A DNA stretch of 64,000 nucleotides from Eledone cirrhosa (taxonomy: Eukaryota), in contig OZ024746.1 in the NCBI GenBank assembly GCA_964016885.1, positions 100,378,001-100,442,000 of the forward strand, read 5' to 3'. This document shows positions 34,299-47,960 of this stretch, piece after piece. The first letter of the stretch is position 1. Every line of letters begins with the position of its first letter. Under the pieces are notes generated by a model. It saw nothing but the letters and a program-made list of their open reading frames with translations. It was not told the origin of the DNA and did not search any database. The translations under genes were made by a program, and so were the position numbers.

Positions 34299-37200
34299 CT
34301 GTTGGGTTAAAAATTAGTGATTTCAGAAAATATTGTTACATATATTTTCTTACATATACTCTCGGGTCTCAAAGAATAAGTGGGGTGGTGCTGGAATAAG
34401 CGGGGGGTTTGAAAAATCTGTAATTTTTCTAAGTTGTCTTCGTTGATTTTTTAAAAACCAGAATTAGTTGTTTAGTTTACATTTTGAGACCCCAACCCAT
34501 TCTATTTATTTTATAAAGTATAGGATTTCTAGTAATGTACATTTTTTTTGTCATGTATAATGTTTTTTAATGTCTAAAGAAAATTAATTGTTCCAGGAAT
34601 GCTATCACTTGAAATAAGATAGATTAGCAAAATTTAATATGAGTGGGGGGAAATACCTGAAAAATTAGTAATGGGGGGGGGGGGGGGGGGGGGGGGGGTT
34701 ATTCTGAAAGTATGCCATGTATTAGGGAATGGAAATAGAAAGTTATTACTTCTGTGCCCGTTAGGAATCAAATCTTGGTTGTGATAGCAGTTTGCTAAAA
34801 ACATACGACTTATGCCAAAATAAATTAAATAACTGCACACATATTGGCCACTGGCTTTGAATTTTAGTCACCTTACATCATAAAGATAAGCTAGAGTTTA
34901 CCATTTACATTACTCTATATTTACTATTAGATTTTCACGGTAAAGGCTTTACTTCACATAATTAGCTCACATAATATTGAATCTAAGAGGTTTTGATATT
35001 ATTTATTTTGAGAGCAATACCTTAACATAAGTATGAGCAGCCAGCTACAGCCATTTTGAACAGAAAGAGGTGAGAGAATTCTAGCCAGATACTGCCAGTT
35101 TAAATGCTAAAGAGTTAAAGAGGAAGTTTAACTGTATGAAGGTGTGGCTTAGTGGTTAGGATGCTCACAATCATATGGTAGTGGGCTCCTGGACCAGGTG
35201 ATGTGATGTGTTCTTGAGCAAGATGCTTCATTTCACATTGCCTTTCATGATAGGTAATTTAATGATAGAGGTCTCAGTTCTGAGAAACATTCTATAGGGC
35301 AAGACAAAGATCTCTCACATTTTGAAGGGATATAAAAAAAGAATATGGGCGATCTTTATGCCCCACACTGTATAAGAGGCAGCCTCACAGGAGACCAGTT
35401 AAACCTGCATAAATGTAAACTCTAAATTTGATTTCATTTCAAACTATGGCGGTGTAATGACTGAATGCTCTTAAATTCAAACCATTCAAAAGATTCAGTA
35501 ACAGACCAAATAATGAACCATTGATGGTGTCCAGGAAACAGACTAAATTATCATGCTTAAATAAAAAAAAGACTGCTTTAATGAAAATCGGAAGGATTAT
35601 TTCTAGTTTTGGTAGCATTATGCAGATGACTGGTCTTTGGAGTAACGTTACTTGATAGAATGTGTAACTCGGAGATTAGGGAGTCACTCCAGGTAGAGCC
35701 GCTACTTCTCCAAATTGAGAGATCACAGCTCTGATACTATGGGCATGTGGTTAGAATGTCCCAGGAAAAAAAAATCTCAGGACAGATTTTATGGGCAAAT
35801 CCAACCGACAGGAAACCCAGGGGTAGACCCCAAACAAGATAAGAAATGGGCAAAAAAAAAAAAATCATATTTACATAAATTTTTGAAGTTGGTGAAAATC
35901 GTCAAAATATTGACCCAAAATTATAAGTTGACCCTGCTTCTACCATCAATTTTTTTTTATTACATATTCCTCAGCTTATCTTATATACAGTACTTTGTAA
36001 CAATCTATTACACACTAGTTGTCTAAAATTTTAGTTTGTTTAGGTACACAGAAATTTAAAAATTAAATCATAATTTAAAGAACTAAGAATGTTGTACAAA
36101 ACTAGTTGGCTAGGATTTGAACTCAGTAAACTACGACAATTCTGGCTAGCATGTAGTAGACAGTTCAGACTCAAGTCAATTCTACCATTATTGTGTAAAT
36201 ACCAACAAACTGGGATACAAAGGGAGATAACTACATTCAACAATGAATAAACAGGGAATATTTTAGAATTACAGTTAAGTATATAATAGTTTCTGATTGA
36301 GGCATAAGGCCAGCAATTTGGGGGTAGTGGAAGTCGCTTAAATCGACCCCAGTGCAGTGTTACTGGTGCTTTATTTTATCGGCCCTGTAAGAATGAAAAG
36401 CAAAGCTAACCACGGTGAGAATTGAAATCGACGTAAAAGGATGTTAACTCCGTGCTGTGAAGCATGTCCTCTACAGAGTCTACATAGTCAAGTGAGGTAT
36501 AAACAACCTTTGTTGTAGATCTACTAATATTTACTTCAATTTATAAAACAGCCTTTTCACACAAATTTTGAATCCATCATCTTAAAAAAAAAATTACTTT
36601 TGGACAGAACCTTATAAATACAGTCTGTTTGCTTTTTACATGAACTTGAATAACTCCTCTTGGAAAAAATATTAAATATTCACTGCTCGAATAACGCGCT
36701 GTAACACGTGGTTTAAACATTTATTTTATTTATCAGAAATATTAGACTTGAAATATGCAAATTTCATTTACGCACCGCGTTCACGAGTGCATCTTTGTGC
36801 AAAAAGCAAAAACAGTGTATATCTGAGGAATAGTATTGCAGCATCCCTTGCAGAAAACCACAGCTAAGCAGCAATGAGGAACACAGTTTTTATAAAGTCC
36901 ATTAAAATCAATTCATAAATCTTTATTTTATTCTAACAAAGATTTATCCCATGTTCAACCATATTTGCAGTTCTCTAATAATCCACAGTAGATGCCAGCA
37001 TGCTCATGCTGGTGACATGACAAAAGAATACCCAGCCGACCCTGTAAGGTGGTGTGTTGGTGACATGACAAAAGTGTAGCCATCCCATCCTGTAAGGTGG
37101 TCGAGTTGGTGACATAGCCCACGCTGAAAGATGGTTGTGTTGGTGAAACGACAAAAAGTACCCAGCCCACCCTATCAGTTGGTCATCTTGGTGCCACAAT

Positions 37201-37434
37201 AAAAAGCACTCAGTCCCCACTGTTAATGATATTGGTGTTAGGAAGAGCATCCAGCCATAGAAAACAAGCCAGAAACAGTTGTGTATGCGTAAGACAGTCA
37301 CCTGACTTATCTCACAACAGAACATCTCATCTAACCCATGCTAGCGTGGAAAAATTGACATTAAATGGTGATGATGAATCAGGAATGGGGATTTAAAAGT
37401 ACTGGTTATTCTATTTGGTCTCATGAGAAGTAGA

Positions 37435-40400
37435 ATCATCATCACGGGTCCTATTCAGCACAGCATCTCTCCACTTGTCACGGCCCTTCGTCATCTCCAC
37501 CGTGAGCTTCAGCGATCTGAGGTCTGCTCTCACCACCTCCGCCCATGTTTTTCGTGGTCTTCCTTCAACTGGCATTTCCTGGCACTTCTTCACTAATCGG
37601 TCATCCTCCATGCACATCACATGTCCATACCACCTCAGTCTCCTCTCTCGCACACTACATTCTATCCCTCTCAGACACAGTTTCTCTATCAACACATTTA
37701 TGCTGGGTCATTCACGCACATTGACATTGCACATCCAACGGAGCATGCTTGCCTCATTTCTCTCCAGCCGTCGCATATCCTTTGCAGTTGCTGCCCATGT
37801 CTCACTACCATGCATCATATAACCGGCCTTTCGTATGCAGGGAGAAACCTTTCTTTGTCAGTAGAGGAAGCATCCCCCTAAACTTCTTCCAGCCCGTCCT
37901 TATTCTAGATACTACGGCCTCGGAACACCCCACCTCTCATGCTAATCTGATCACCTAGGTACCGGAAGCTATCAACCACTTCTATAGCACCCACCTGCAT
38001 TTGAAAAATGTGTCTATCAATGAGACTTCTACTGTATTTCTCCCTACCTGTTAGTTTGCCTGCTATCCCACTACATCTCTTGTGTACCCAAGATCTGCAT
38101 GGTGTACATTTTATAGAATTTATGCCAGTTCCTTTTCTGCATATCGAACATGGCCATTTCCCTGGTGGAATCAGAGTTTTGTCCTCTTTTCTACTCATCA
38201 ACACTTTTGTCTTAGCTAGGTTCACTCTCAGTCCTCTTGCTTCCAACTGCTGTTTCCATAGCCAGAATTTATTCTCTAGCTCCTCTACTGATTCTGCTAT
38301 AAGAACCAGATCGTCAGCATAGAGAAGTTCCCATGGACAGCCAGTCTTAAACTCCTGTTATGGCTTGGAGGACTATAATGAACAAGAGCGGGCTGAGGAC
38401 CGAACCCTGATGTACTCCTACTTGTATCTGGAATTCCTCACTAAACTCCATTCCTACCCTCACTTTACTGACAGCACCTCTGTACAAAGCTTGCACTGTC
38501 CTCACAAGCCATTCATCAACACCCAGCTTCCTTAGGGACCACCAGATGACAGATCGGGGTACCCTATCAAAGGCCTTCTCTAGGTCAACAAAAGCTAAGT
38601 ATAGTGATTTATTCTTCTCTAAGAATCTCTCTTGTAATTGTCTAAGAAGAGGGCATCCGTTGTACTTTTCCCAGGCACAAAACCAAACTGCATCTCATCT
38701 AGTTTGACCCTTTCTCTAATTAGTTGCGTTAATATCCTTTCTCCCACTTTCATGACCTGATCCATCAGTTTTATGCCCCTATAATTGCTCCTCTCCAGAG
38801 CATCCCCTTTACCTTTGTAGCAATTTATGAGAATAATGCTGCACCAGTCTTTGGGTATGACACCACTATATATAGCCCGATTGATGATGCGTGCAACCAG
38901 TTTAGTGCCTACGTCCCCTGATGCCTTCAGCATCTCAGCAACTATCCCCGAGGGTCCAGCAGCCTTACCATTTTTCATTTCCTTAATTGCCTCTTGGACC
39001 CTATAGTCAATCTCAATAGCTGGTCCCTCTGTCGGATCTACTGGAGGTAATTTCTCTCTCTCCCATTCGTTCTCCACATTCATCAGTCTCTCATAATGAC
39101 ATTTCCAGGCCTCCTTTTTCTGATCATTCATGACGCTAAGTACACCGGCATCATTCCGGACACATTTATCTCCAACAACATCCTGATTTGCACTGATACA
39201 CTGCCTTGCAATGCAGAACCCTGCACATCTCTGATCTTCCCGTCGCAGAACATTGGCAAACCTCCTACTCTCAGCTTCTCTGCGTGCTAAGTACACCTGA
39301 CGTCTAGCTTCTCTCTTATCGGCTGTATATCCTTCTCTACACCCACCATTTTTCCAAGCATTCCATGCTAGTCTTTTGTCTCTAATGGCCCTATCTTCCA
39401 TGCTGTTCCACCACCAGGTCACTCTCTGTCTGGTTGGAGCTCTGCTCCCGCCACAAGTTTCTTCAGTAGCCTGCAGTAAGTTGTCACGTAAGAAATTCCA
39501 GTTATCATCTATGTCATATGACTCTAAATCATCTTTTTTGTCATACACATCTTGAAGGGCTTTCCTAAATTTGTATTTTAGTGAAAGGTCTTTTAGCTTC
39601 CAGACCTTTCTTCTCCACACCTTCATGTATGTCTCATTCTTTCTCTTGCTTACTGAGATATCACTAATGACTAACCTATGCTGTGGGGTACATTCTTCCC
39701 CGTGGTATGCCTTGGTATTTGACACCATCTGTCTGTCTTTCTGCCTAACTAGCAAGAAGTCAATCTGGCTTATGTGCTCGCCTGATTTGTAGGTTATTAG
39801 GTGGTTGGCAGGTTTCTGGAAGTTAGTGTTGCAAATAGTTAGTGCACTTGCATCACAAAATTCAAGAAGCCTCACTCCTTCATTTCTTGAGCCATAACCG
39901 TGCCCACCATGTACCCCAGTGTAACCATCCTGGAGCTGTCCAACATGACCATTGAAGTCCCCTGCTAGCATAACGATGTCTCCGTCCTCTGTTATTGCAG
40001 CTATTTGTAAAACTTGCTCGTAAAAGCAGTCTTTCTCTTCTTTACCTAGGCCTGCCTGGGAAGCATAGGCAGAGATGATTGTCAGTAGTTTCCTGCCTAC
40101 AACTAATCTCAGCTTAATTATTCTATTACTAACTCGAACTACCTCTATTGTCTTATCGATCTACCTCTCAGCCAGTAAAATGCCTACCCCACCCCCCTAA
40201 CCCATCATTATTAGCCACCCAGAAAAGCTTATAAGTAAGATGTTTGCCTGTGATTAGTCTCACAGAGGCACCTCTCCATTTCACCTCTTGCTCACAGCAC
40301 ACATCCACATACCTTCTCTCCAGCATCTCCACTATTTCACCAGATCTACCTGTTAGAGTGCCAACATTAAGTGTGGCAACTCCGAGATGCGACGTCTTCA

Positions 40401-40590
40401 TATTCTTGTTCCTGTTCCTGTAGTGCGATTGCTTGATGACGGTCGGGGGATTCTCGCACATGGCCGCAGCAGCCACCCCACTACCGTGCGCTGCCCTCAC
40501 ATAGTTAGTGTTATTGCTGTTGATGCAGTTGTTGTTGTTGTGCGATTGCTTGACGGTCGGGAGGTTCTCGCACATGGCCGCACCAGCTAA
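37435..40590 (-). mobile_element. Near full-length degraded RTE-clade LINE in a CUL1 intron (sense to gene)
   Basis: VATLNVGTL, AGDFNGHVG, IDFLL, NYRGIKL, QFGFVPGKSTTDA, FVDLEKAFDRVP, HQGSVLSP, LYADDL, RRLRWYGHV; (GAT)3 tail; several frameshifts. Confidence 0.9.
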
Positions 40591-41586
40591 GGTTCCCTTG
40601 ACACTGCATTATGTATTCAGGGGAGATTACTCTCTTGTCACTGACAGCATACTGAAGGTTAATTGATCTTTTAAAACAGAAATAAATTTCTAAATTATAA
40701 AAGTTCTTATTTCACGTTTATTTAAAGACATTAAAAAAAATGACCAGTAAAAATGATTCACGTTCCCTTAACTTGAAAAGAAATAAAATTTAAGGATCAG
40801 ATTTAAGAATTCAAATTATAATGTGAAAACAAGACATGCCACTACAGCACTACTATGGCTCAATAAGAAGTTAAAGGCTCAAGTCAGTGAAGAAAAAGCA
40901 ATGCATACGACCCTTTCCGGGGCCTCCAAGACTATTGGTTGGATAGAGGAAGATATCTTCAAATCTGTGACATGATCCAAATGCTTGCAATACAACAATG
41001 TACTCTTTTAACCCCTTTGTTGCCAACCCAGCCAAAAGCAGCTCTGGTTCTATGAAATAAAGTCAACCATTTTAAAGGTTTCCAATTTAATTTAAAATGC
41101 TCTAATAATCTTATATAAGAACCTTACATTAACTTACTATCTTAGTAATGAAATAATTAATAATTTTAGTAAATCCCACAAAATTCTGCCTTAATTAAAA
41201 TATAGTGTATTTCATTAGAAATGCAGTCATGAAAAAGTTAAAGGCACCCAAAGGTGCTGGATTAAGTCTAACACACAATATCAAGCAGTTCCTGTTTCAA
41301 TAGAGGTTTGAATTGTTAATGTTTAACCCTTGCATGACTGCATTTCTAATGAAATACACTATTTTAATTAATTAATTAAAATAGAGTGTATTATGAAGGA
41401 TTCATGCTAGAGCTGTGAAATCTTGCTTCCATCAACTTCAACTCTTCTTATTAATAACTGCATTGAGTCTTTCCAGGGACTATGTTGAAAAATAAACCTC
41501 ATTTGGTCATTCCATGAGAGTATCTTGGTCAGCCTATGAAATGTTCAGCCTATCCTTGTATATTCAATCAATAAAGTTTAACTTAC

Positions 41587-41692
41587 CTGAATAAGTAATT
41601 TCCGATCTTCCTCAATGTTTTTGTGAGTACACTCATGCTCCATTTTCTCTTCTGTTTTCATGGGAACATTAATATTAACACGTAACTTTTTA
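41587..41692 (-). CDS. CUL1: Cullin-1 exon
   Basis: cag|(N)[35 protein letters not shown]|gtaagt (106 nt). Confidence 0.96.
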
Positions 41693-41741
41693 CTGGAAAC
41701 AAAAGAAAATACAAAGGAGTTAAATCTTCTTCACTTTATAT

Positions 41742-42792
41742 GAGTCATAGGCAAAGTATGGCCCATTGGCCCGTTTGGCTTTCTGAATGGCATGCCTAGT
41801 TTCAAAAATGCCTTGAATTTGTTAGTAGTGTGGCCCACTTTATGATGAGTCACATCCTATGTGGTCCACCTTATGATGGACCACATCCTATGTGGTCCAC
41901 CTTATGATGAGTCACATCCTATGTGGTCCACCTTATGTTGATCCACATCCTATGTGGTCCACCTTATGTTGATCCACATCCTATGTGGTCCACCTTATGT
42001 TGATCCACATCCTATGTGGTCCACCTTATGATGGACCACATCCTATGTGGTCCACCTTATGATGAGTCACATCCTATGTGGTCCACCTTATGTTGATCCA
42101 CATCCTATGTGGTCCACCTTATGATGAGTCACATCCTATGTGGTCCACCTTATGATGAGTCACATCCTATGTGGTCCACCTTATGATGAGTCACATCCTA
42201 TGTGGTCCACTTTATGATGAACCACATCCTATGTGGTCCACCTTATGATGAGTCACATCCTATGTGGTCCACTTTATGATGAGTCACATCCTATGTGGTC
42301 CACTTTATGATGAACCACATCCTATGTGGTCCACCTTATGATGAGTCACATCCTATGTGGTCCACCTTATGATGAACCACATCCTATGTGGTCCACCTTA
42401 TGATGAACCACATCCTATGTGGTCCACCTTATGATGAGTCACATCCTATGTGGTCCACCTTATGATGAGTCACATCCTATGTGGTCCACCTTATGATGAG
42501 TCACATCCTATGTGGTCCACCTAATGATGAGTCACATCCTATGTGGTCCACCTTATGATGAGTCACATCCTATGTGGTCCACCTTATGATGAGCCACATC
42601 CTATGTGGTCCACCTTATGATGAGCCACATCCTATGTGGTCCACCTAATGATGAGTCACATCCTATGTGGTCCACCTTATGATGAGTCACATCCTATGTG
42701 GTCCACCTTATGATGAGCCACATCCTATGTGGTCCACCTTATGATGAGCCACATCCTATGTGGCCCAGCTTGAACAAGTTTGCCCATGTCTG
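41742..42792. mobile_element. hAT-type MITE with an internally expanded 31-bp minisatellite (~41830-42765, about 30 units)
   Basis: TIRs GAGTCATAGGCAAAGT / AGTTTGCCCATGTCTG, TSD CTTTATAT/CTTTATAA, unit CCTTATGATGAGTCACATCCTATGTGGTCCA. Confidence 0.75.
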
Positions 42793-42959
42793 CTTTATAA
42801 TTATCAGACAATTAAAAGCAGAAAGTGCATGCGCAATAGTCAAAATTGACACTTAAATATATCCAAAATATATATAAAAAAATTAAAAAACATCTCAATT
42901 TTGTTGTTCTGTAAAAGTTCAGTGACAATCAAATTCGTAAAAAAACGTTCCAAAGCTCA

Positions 42960-43385
42960 CTTCATCATCATCATCATTTTTACATCCACTTTTTCATGCT
43001 TGCATGGGTTGGATGTGTCCTTCTCAGCACGGCATCTTTCCACACGTCGAGATCCTTTGTCATCTCTTCTGTGAGTCTCAGTGATTTAAGGTCAGTTCTG
43101 CCCAGGTCTTTCATGGTCCACCTCTACTGTGATTGGTATTTCCTGGCACTTATTCACCCAACGATTATTGTCCATGCACATCACATGCACAGACTAACGC
43201 AGTTCTCTCTCCTGCACACTTTCAATTTCCTCTTAAACCCAGCCTTTCCAACTCGTCCAAGCTCTGCCTTTCTCTCTCACTTACATTTTACATCCAATGG
43301 AGCATGGTTGCTTCATTTCCCTCCATTCTACACACGCCCTCTGCAGTCACAGCCTGTGTTTCACTACCATGCAGCATAGCACTTC
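42960..43385 (-). mobile_element. RTE 3' fragment with 3' UTR and (GAT)n tail
   Basis: MLHGSET..-type sequence followed by CCAACCCATGCAAGCATGAAAAAGTGGATGTAAAAATGATGATG. Confidence 0.75.
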
Positions 43386-43455
43386 AAAATGATTATATAA
43401 TGTAATACACATGACAGGTACAATGGCAATCAGAATACAAAAATATATTTCCTAC

Positions 43456-43574
43456 TTTTTGTAATCATTGAAGAAGGCCAGTTGTGAGGTGGGTAGTAAA
43501 TCGTTTTCATCATCAGCATCTGTCATTAGCAATTTAGTCTTCAGTAAGATTTTTAATACTTGTACAAGAGTATC
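43456..43574 (-). CDS. CUL1: Cullin-1 exon
   Basis: cag|DTLVQVLKILLKTKLLMTDADDENDLLPTSQLAFFNDYK+AA|gtagga (119 nt, phase-2 donor matching the next exon). Confidence 0.94.
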
Positions 43575-43636
43575 CTGCAAAAGAAAGAGGAAAATCACTG
43601 ATAACATTGAGAAAGCAAATTTAAAAGATGCCATCG

Positions 43637-43901
43637 TAACCCTTTAGTTACCAACCTAGCTAAACCCGGCTCTGGTTCTATAAAATAAAACCACCCATCT
43701 TAACCCTTTAGTTACCAACCTAGCTAAACCTGGCTCTGGTCCTATGAAATAAAGTCACCCATCTTAACCCTTTAGTTACCAACCTAGCTAAATCTGGCTC
43801 TGGTTATATGAAATAAAGTCACCCATCTTAACCCTTTAGTTACCAACCTAGCAAAACCCGGCTCTGGTTCTATGAAATAAAACCACCCATCTTAACCCTT
43901 T
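43637..43901. repeat. Tandem ~62-64-bp repeat (about 4 units) of a piggyBac-like MITE terminus
   Basis: Each unit starts TTAA-CCCTTTAGTTACCAACC; the same terminus is at about 41028. Confidence 0.75.
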
Positions 43902-45564
43902 ATGACATGATAGTTAACCAATTTCACAGCAATATCACATGCCCACAAACACCTTAGAGAAATTCATACCAAGATACGTATAAAGGCCTATACACACATT
44001 ATTTGACTCTAATACACATCACGATACTCCAGATTAGCAAGAGTCTTTCCCCACTGACTTAAGCATACAGTTTAATTAATAGCTGATTAACAATATTATT
44101 ACTAAGAATTATTCCCCTTGTACCTAACCAGATCTCACGTTAATAGCGTCAGCCATTATGTGTATGGTTGTCTGAAAGATAGTGTCTTATGTATCTGCAC
44201 ACCGCACAATCTAGCATACATGCAATGTTTGAAACGAGAGGTAGCTACTTTTATCATTCCACTGAAAAGTGGTCGTGGAGGTGCCACGGCAAAAAAAAGT
44301 ACCCAGCACTCACTGTAAATGAGGTTGGTTAGGAAGGGCATCCAGCTGTCAGAATCAGTTCCCGTCCCACCTTTGCAAGCAGGGAAAAGCAGACGTAAAA
44401 TGATGAAAATGATATTGGTCCGGCAAACCAAAGATGTGGGTTCGTGATGGGTGTTTTTTTTCCATTCAAAAGGCTTTTTAAAAATCCCAACTAACAGACT
44501 AATTCTATTTAGTCAAATACAGCGTAAGCACATGTTCACTAGCCGTTTCTAAACAAAGCCTGCTGTGTGTCTCCCTATATATATATAGAGAGAGATATAT
44601 ATTCAATATAACAAAATACCAAGGTTAACAACTTAGATCTATTCTTTAATTTCTACGTCTGTTTCAATACTGTTACAATGAGACAAGCATATGTAAACAA
44701 CTGGAAATAATTAATAATCAATTATTAACACCATACATAAAACATAACTGCATATCTTCAGGAAAATGTGAGAAGGAACAAAGGTTACCAAGTTCAAATA
44801 GTGTCAATAGAGTTCATATCAAAATACCGAGAGTAGGGCAAGCAAATAAATTTCAAAAACCTATTTTGTACATGGAGTTTTTTGACCCTGTGAAATTATA
44901 GGTTGAGGTACAATCCTTACATCATTAATATTTACAAAAGTAGAAACAATTATTATTTACAATGTTAATTATATATATACAGCTAGAGTAATATTTATTG
45001 TTAGACTTGCAGGAATGGAACTTATCTAAGAGGCAGCAGCAATTAGGTTTAGGTAAATAGTATTACTTATCAATTACTTATTTACAATGTTATTAACTTT
45101 CATTATACAGTATTGGTAGAGGGTCGGACGCCATGCTTTGACGTATAGAGTTACGGCCCTTGCCATCTGAGTTCAAATCCCGCCAAGGTTAACTTTGCCT
45201 TTCATCCTTATGGGGTTGATAAAATAAAGTACCAGTAATGCACTGGGTAATTGCTGGCCTTGTGCCTAACGTAGAAACAATTATATAGTTAGAATAAAAT
45301 TTGTTGTTAGATTTGCAGGAATGGAAATCTTTTAAGTAGCAAGCAGTCAACATTTTACATAAACAATCAAAATATATATATATATATATAAGCATGAAAC
45401 TAATAATATCTATAACATTTACTCCTGTGCTGTTTTCTGATATTCCAAACTCTCTCTGAGTGTGTGTGTTTGTATTGCACCAAGAAAAATATAGACTTCG
45501 GCAAGAAGGGAGAGTAAGAATTTATTGCTTCTAACATGTTTCTGTGCTTATTTTTTAATATATA

Positions 45565-46687
45565 CTAGCTCTTTCAATTGCGCAGAGGGTTCTATAGAAA
45601 TAGTGGACAGCTTCCGTTACCTCCTGGGTGACAAAATCAGCAGTGGGGGAGGGTGCTCTGAAAGTACAGTAGCTAGAGTCAGAACTGGATGGAAAAAGTT
45701 CAGAGAGCTTATACCACTATTAGCCGCTAAAGGGTTCTCCCTAAAAATGAAAGGCAGGTTGTATGATGCCTGCATACGAACAGCAATGTTGCATGGCAGT
45801 GAGACCTGGGCATTGTGTGCAGAGGATATACGCAGACTAGAGAGGAACGAAGCTTGCATGCCCCGCTGGATGTGTAATAATAATATATGCGAACGGCAAA
45901 GCATAAACGAACTAAGGAAAAAATTAGAAATAAGAGGGATCAGATGTTGTTTACTCGAGAGAAGGCTACGTTGGTATGGTCACGTGATGCGCATGAAAGA
46001 CGACAGCTGTATAGCAAAGTGCAGGGCAATAAAGATAGACGGTAGCCACGGAGTAGGCAGACCCAAAAAAACCTGGGACGAGCTGATAAATTCCGACCTC
46101 ACACACTTACACCTCTCCAAGACAATGTCACTGGACCGAGACCTTTGGCGGTACTCAGTAATAGAGAAGACCCGCCTTACCTAAATACAAAGTAAAACCT
46201 ACTACAGTCAGTAGGCATCTCTAACAAAATACACCCCCCATCCCACCACCCCACCCCATCCACACCGCCCCTTTCAATGTAAAGTTATGTTGGTGCCACA
46301 AAATCCAGGCCGAAACAAATGAGATCGTGTAGGTGTCACGACAAAAAAAAAACACACAGTCCACGCTGTAAATGTGGCCGTGTAGGCAACACGGTAAAAA
46401 CCTCCCAGCCCCATACTGTAAATGTGGTTGGTGTTAGGAAGGGCATCCAGCTGTAGAAAACCCGCCAGACAGTCCACGCTGTAATGTGGCCGTGTAGGCA
46501 ACACGGTAAAAACTTCCCAGCCCCACACTGTAAATGTGGTTGGTGTTAGGAAGGGCATCCAACTGTAGAAAACCCGCCAGACAGTCCTAAGCGAGCAAGA
46601 CAACCACTCTTGCCTCAAGTGGGAAAACTCCCGTCCAAACCCATGCAAGCGTGGAACATGGACGTTAAATGATGATGATGATGATGA

Positions 46688-46691
<4 letters not shown>
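45565..46691 (+). mobile_element. RTE 3' fragment followed by an RTE-tailed SINE
   Basis: VDSFRYL..MLHGSETW..RRLRWYGHV..GRPKKTW, then GGTTGGTGTTAGGAAGGGCATCCAGC (duplicated) and a (GAT)n tail. Confidence 0.85.
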
Positions 46692-46723
<32 letters not shown>

Positions 46724-46984
46724 CACATGCAAATTACCATTAGTATCAATCTGACTCCAATACATAGTGTGTGTCCAGAGTTAAATTGGTCCCATTCATG
46801 CCATACTATCTGTCACTCACATGTTAAAAGGAATCAAAATACCTGATTTCACTGTAAATTTAGCTTCACCTGGGTCTCGAATAATCGTTCCCCCTTCCTT
46901 ATTAAATTTTCAGATTTTTTTCCATCACCCCTGCTCTTATCCCCCCCCCCCCTTATATTTTACTAATCTATCTCTGGTGAAAAC

Positions 46985-47960
46985 ATCATCATCACCACCA
47001 CCACCGTTTTACGTTGATTCTTCCACACTAGCATGGGTGATACAGGTTGTCCTGTTGTGGGCAATGTTAGGTTGGCTGACCTTGTCTTGCTCATATGGGA
47101 ACTGACTGGCTTGATTTCTACAGCTGGATGCCCTTCCTAACACCAACCTCATTTACAGTGAGTGCTGGGTGCTTTTTTTCCATGGCGCCTACACATCTAT
47201 TTTACAGTATGGGCTAGGTGCTTTTTGTCATGACACCTCCCCTTCCACTTTGCAGTGGGAGGGGATGGGGTCATATTGGCTATATGCTTCGGTTTGTTCC
47301 CGTGGGAAGTCGGGTCTTCTGTATTACTGCATGATGCCAGAGGTCATGGTCTTGTGTCATTACCGTTGGGAGGTGCAATTGGGTAAGGTCCGCTTTTATC
47401 ACCTTGTCCCAGGTCTTCTTGGGTCTCCCACTCCACGGCTTCTATCGACTTCTAGTGCTCTACACCTTTTTTTATGCAGCTGTTATCCTTCATATGCATC
47501 ACATGTCCATACCAACGCATTCTCCTCTCCTGCATACAGCATTTGATTCCTCTTATGCTCAGTCTCTCTCTCAATTCGTTTATGCTTTGCCATTCGCATA
47601 TATTACTATTACACATCCATCGGAGCATGCAAGCTTCATTTCTTTCTAATCTACACAAGTCTTCTACGCATAGCGCCCAGGTCTCACTACCATGTAACAT
47701 TGTTGTTCGTATACACGCATCATACAGTCTGCCTTTCATTTTGAGGGAAAAGCCTTTTGCAGCTAGCAGTGGCTCCCTGAACTTCTTCCATCCCATTCTT
47801 ACTTTCAGAACACCCACCTCCGCTGCTAATTCGGTCACCTAGGTAGCAGAAGCTGTCTACTGTTTCTACAGAGCCCTCCCAGAGTTTGGTAGTGCTTGTT
47901 TCCTGTGGCTGTTTGCTGCTTACTGTCCCAGTGCAGCTGCTACATGTAAAGCCTACATTC
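46985..47960 (-). mobile_element. RTE 3' fragment plus RTE-tailed SINE, inverted relative to 45565-46691
   Basis: GWKKFRE..KGFSLKMKGRLYDACIRT.MLHGSETWALC is nearly identical in protein to the + strand copy. Confidence 0.85.
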
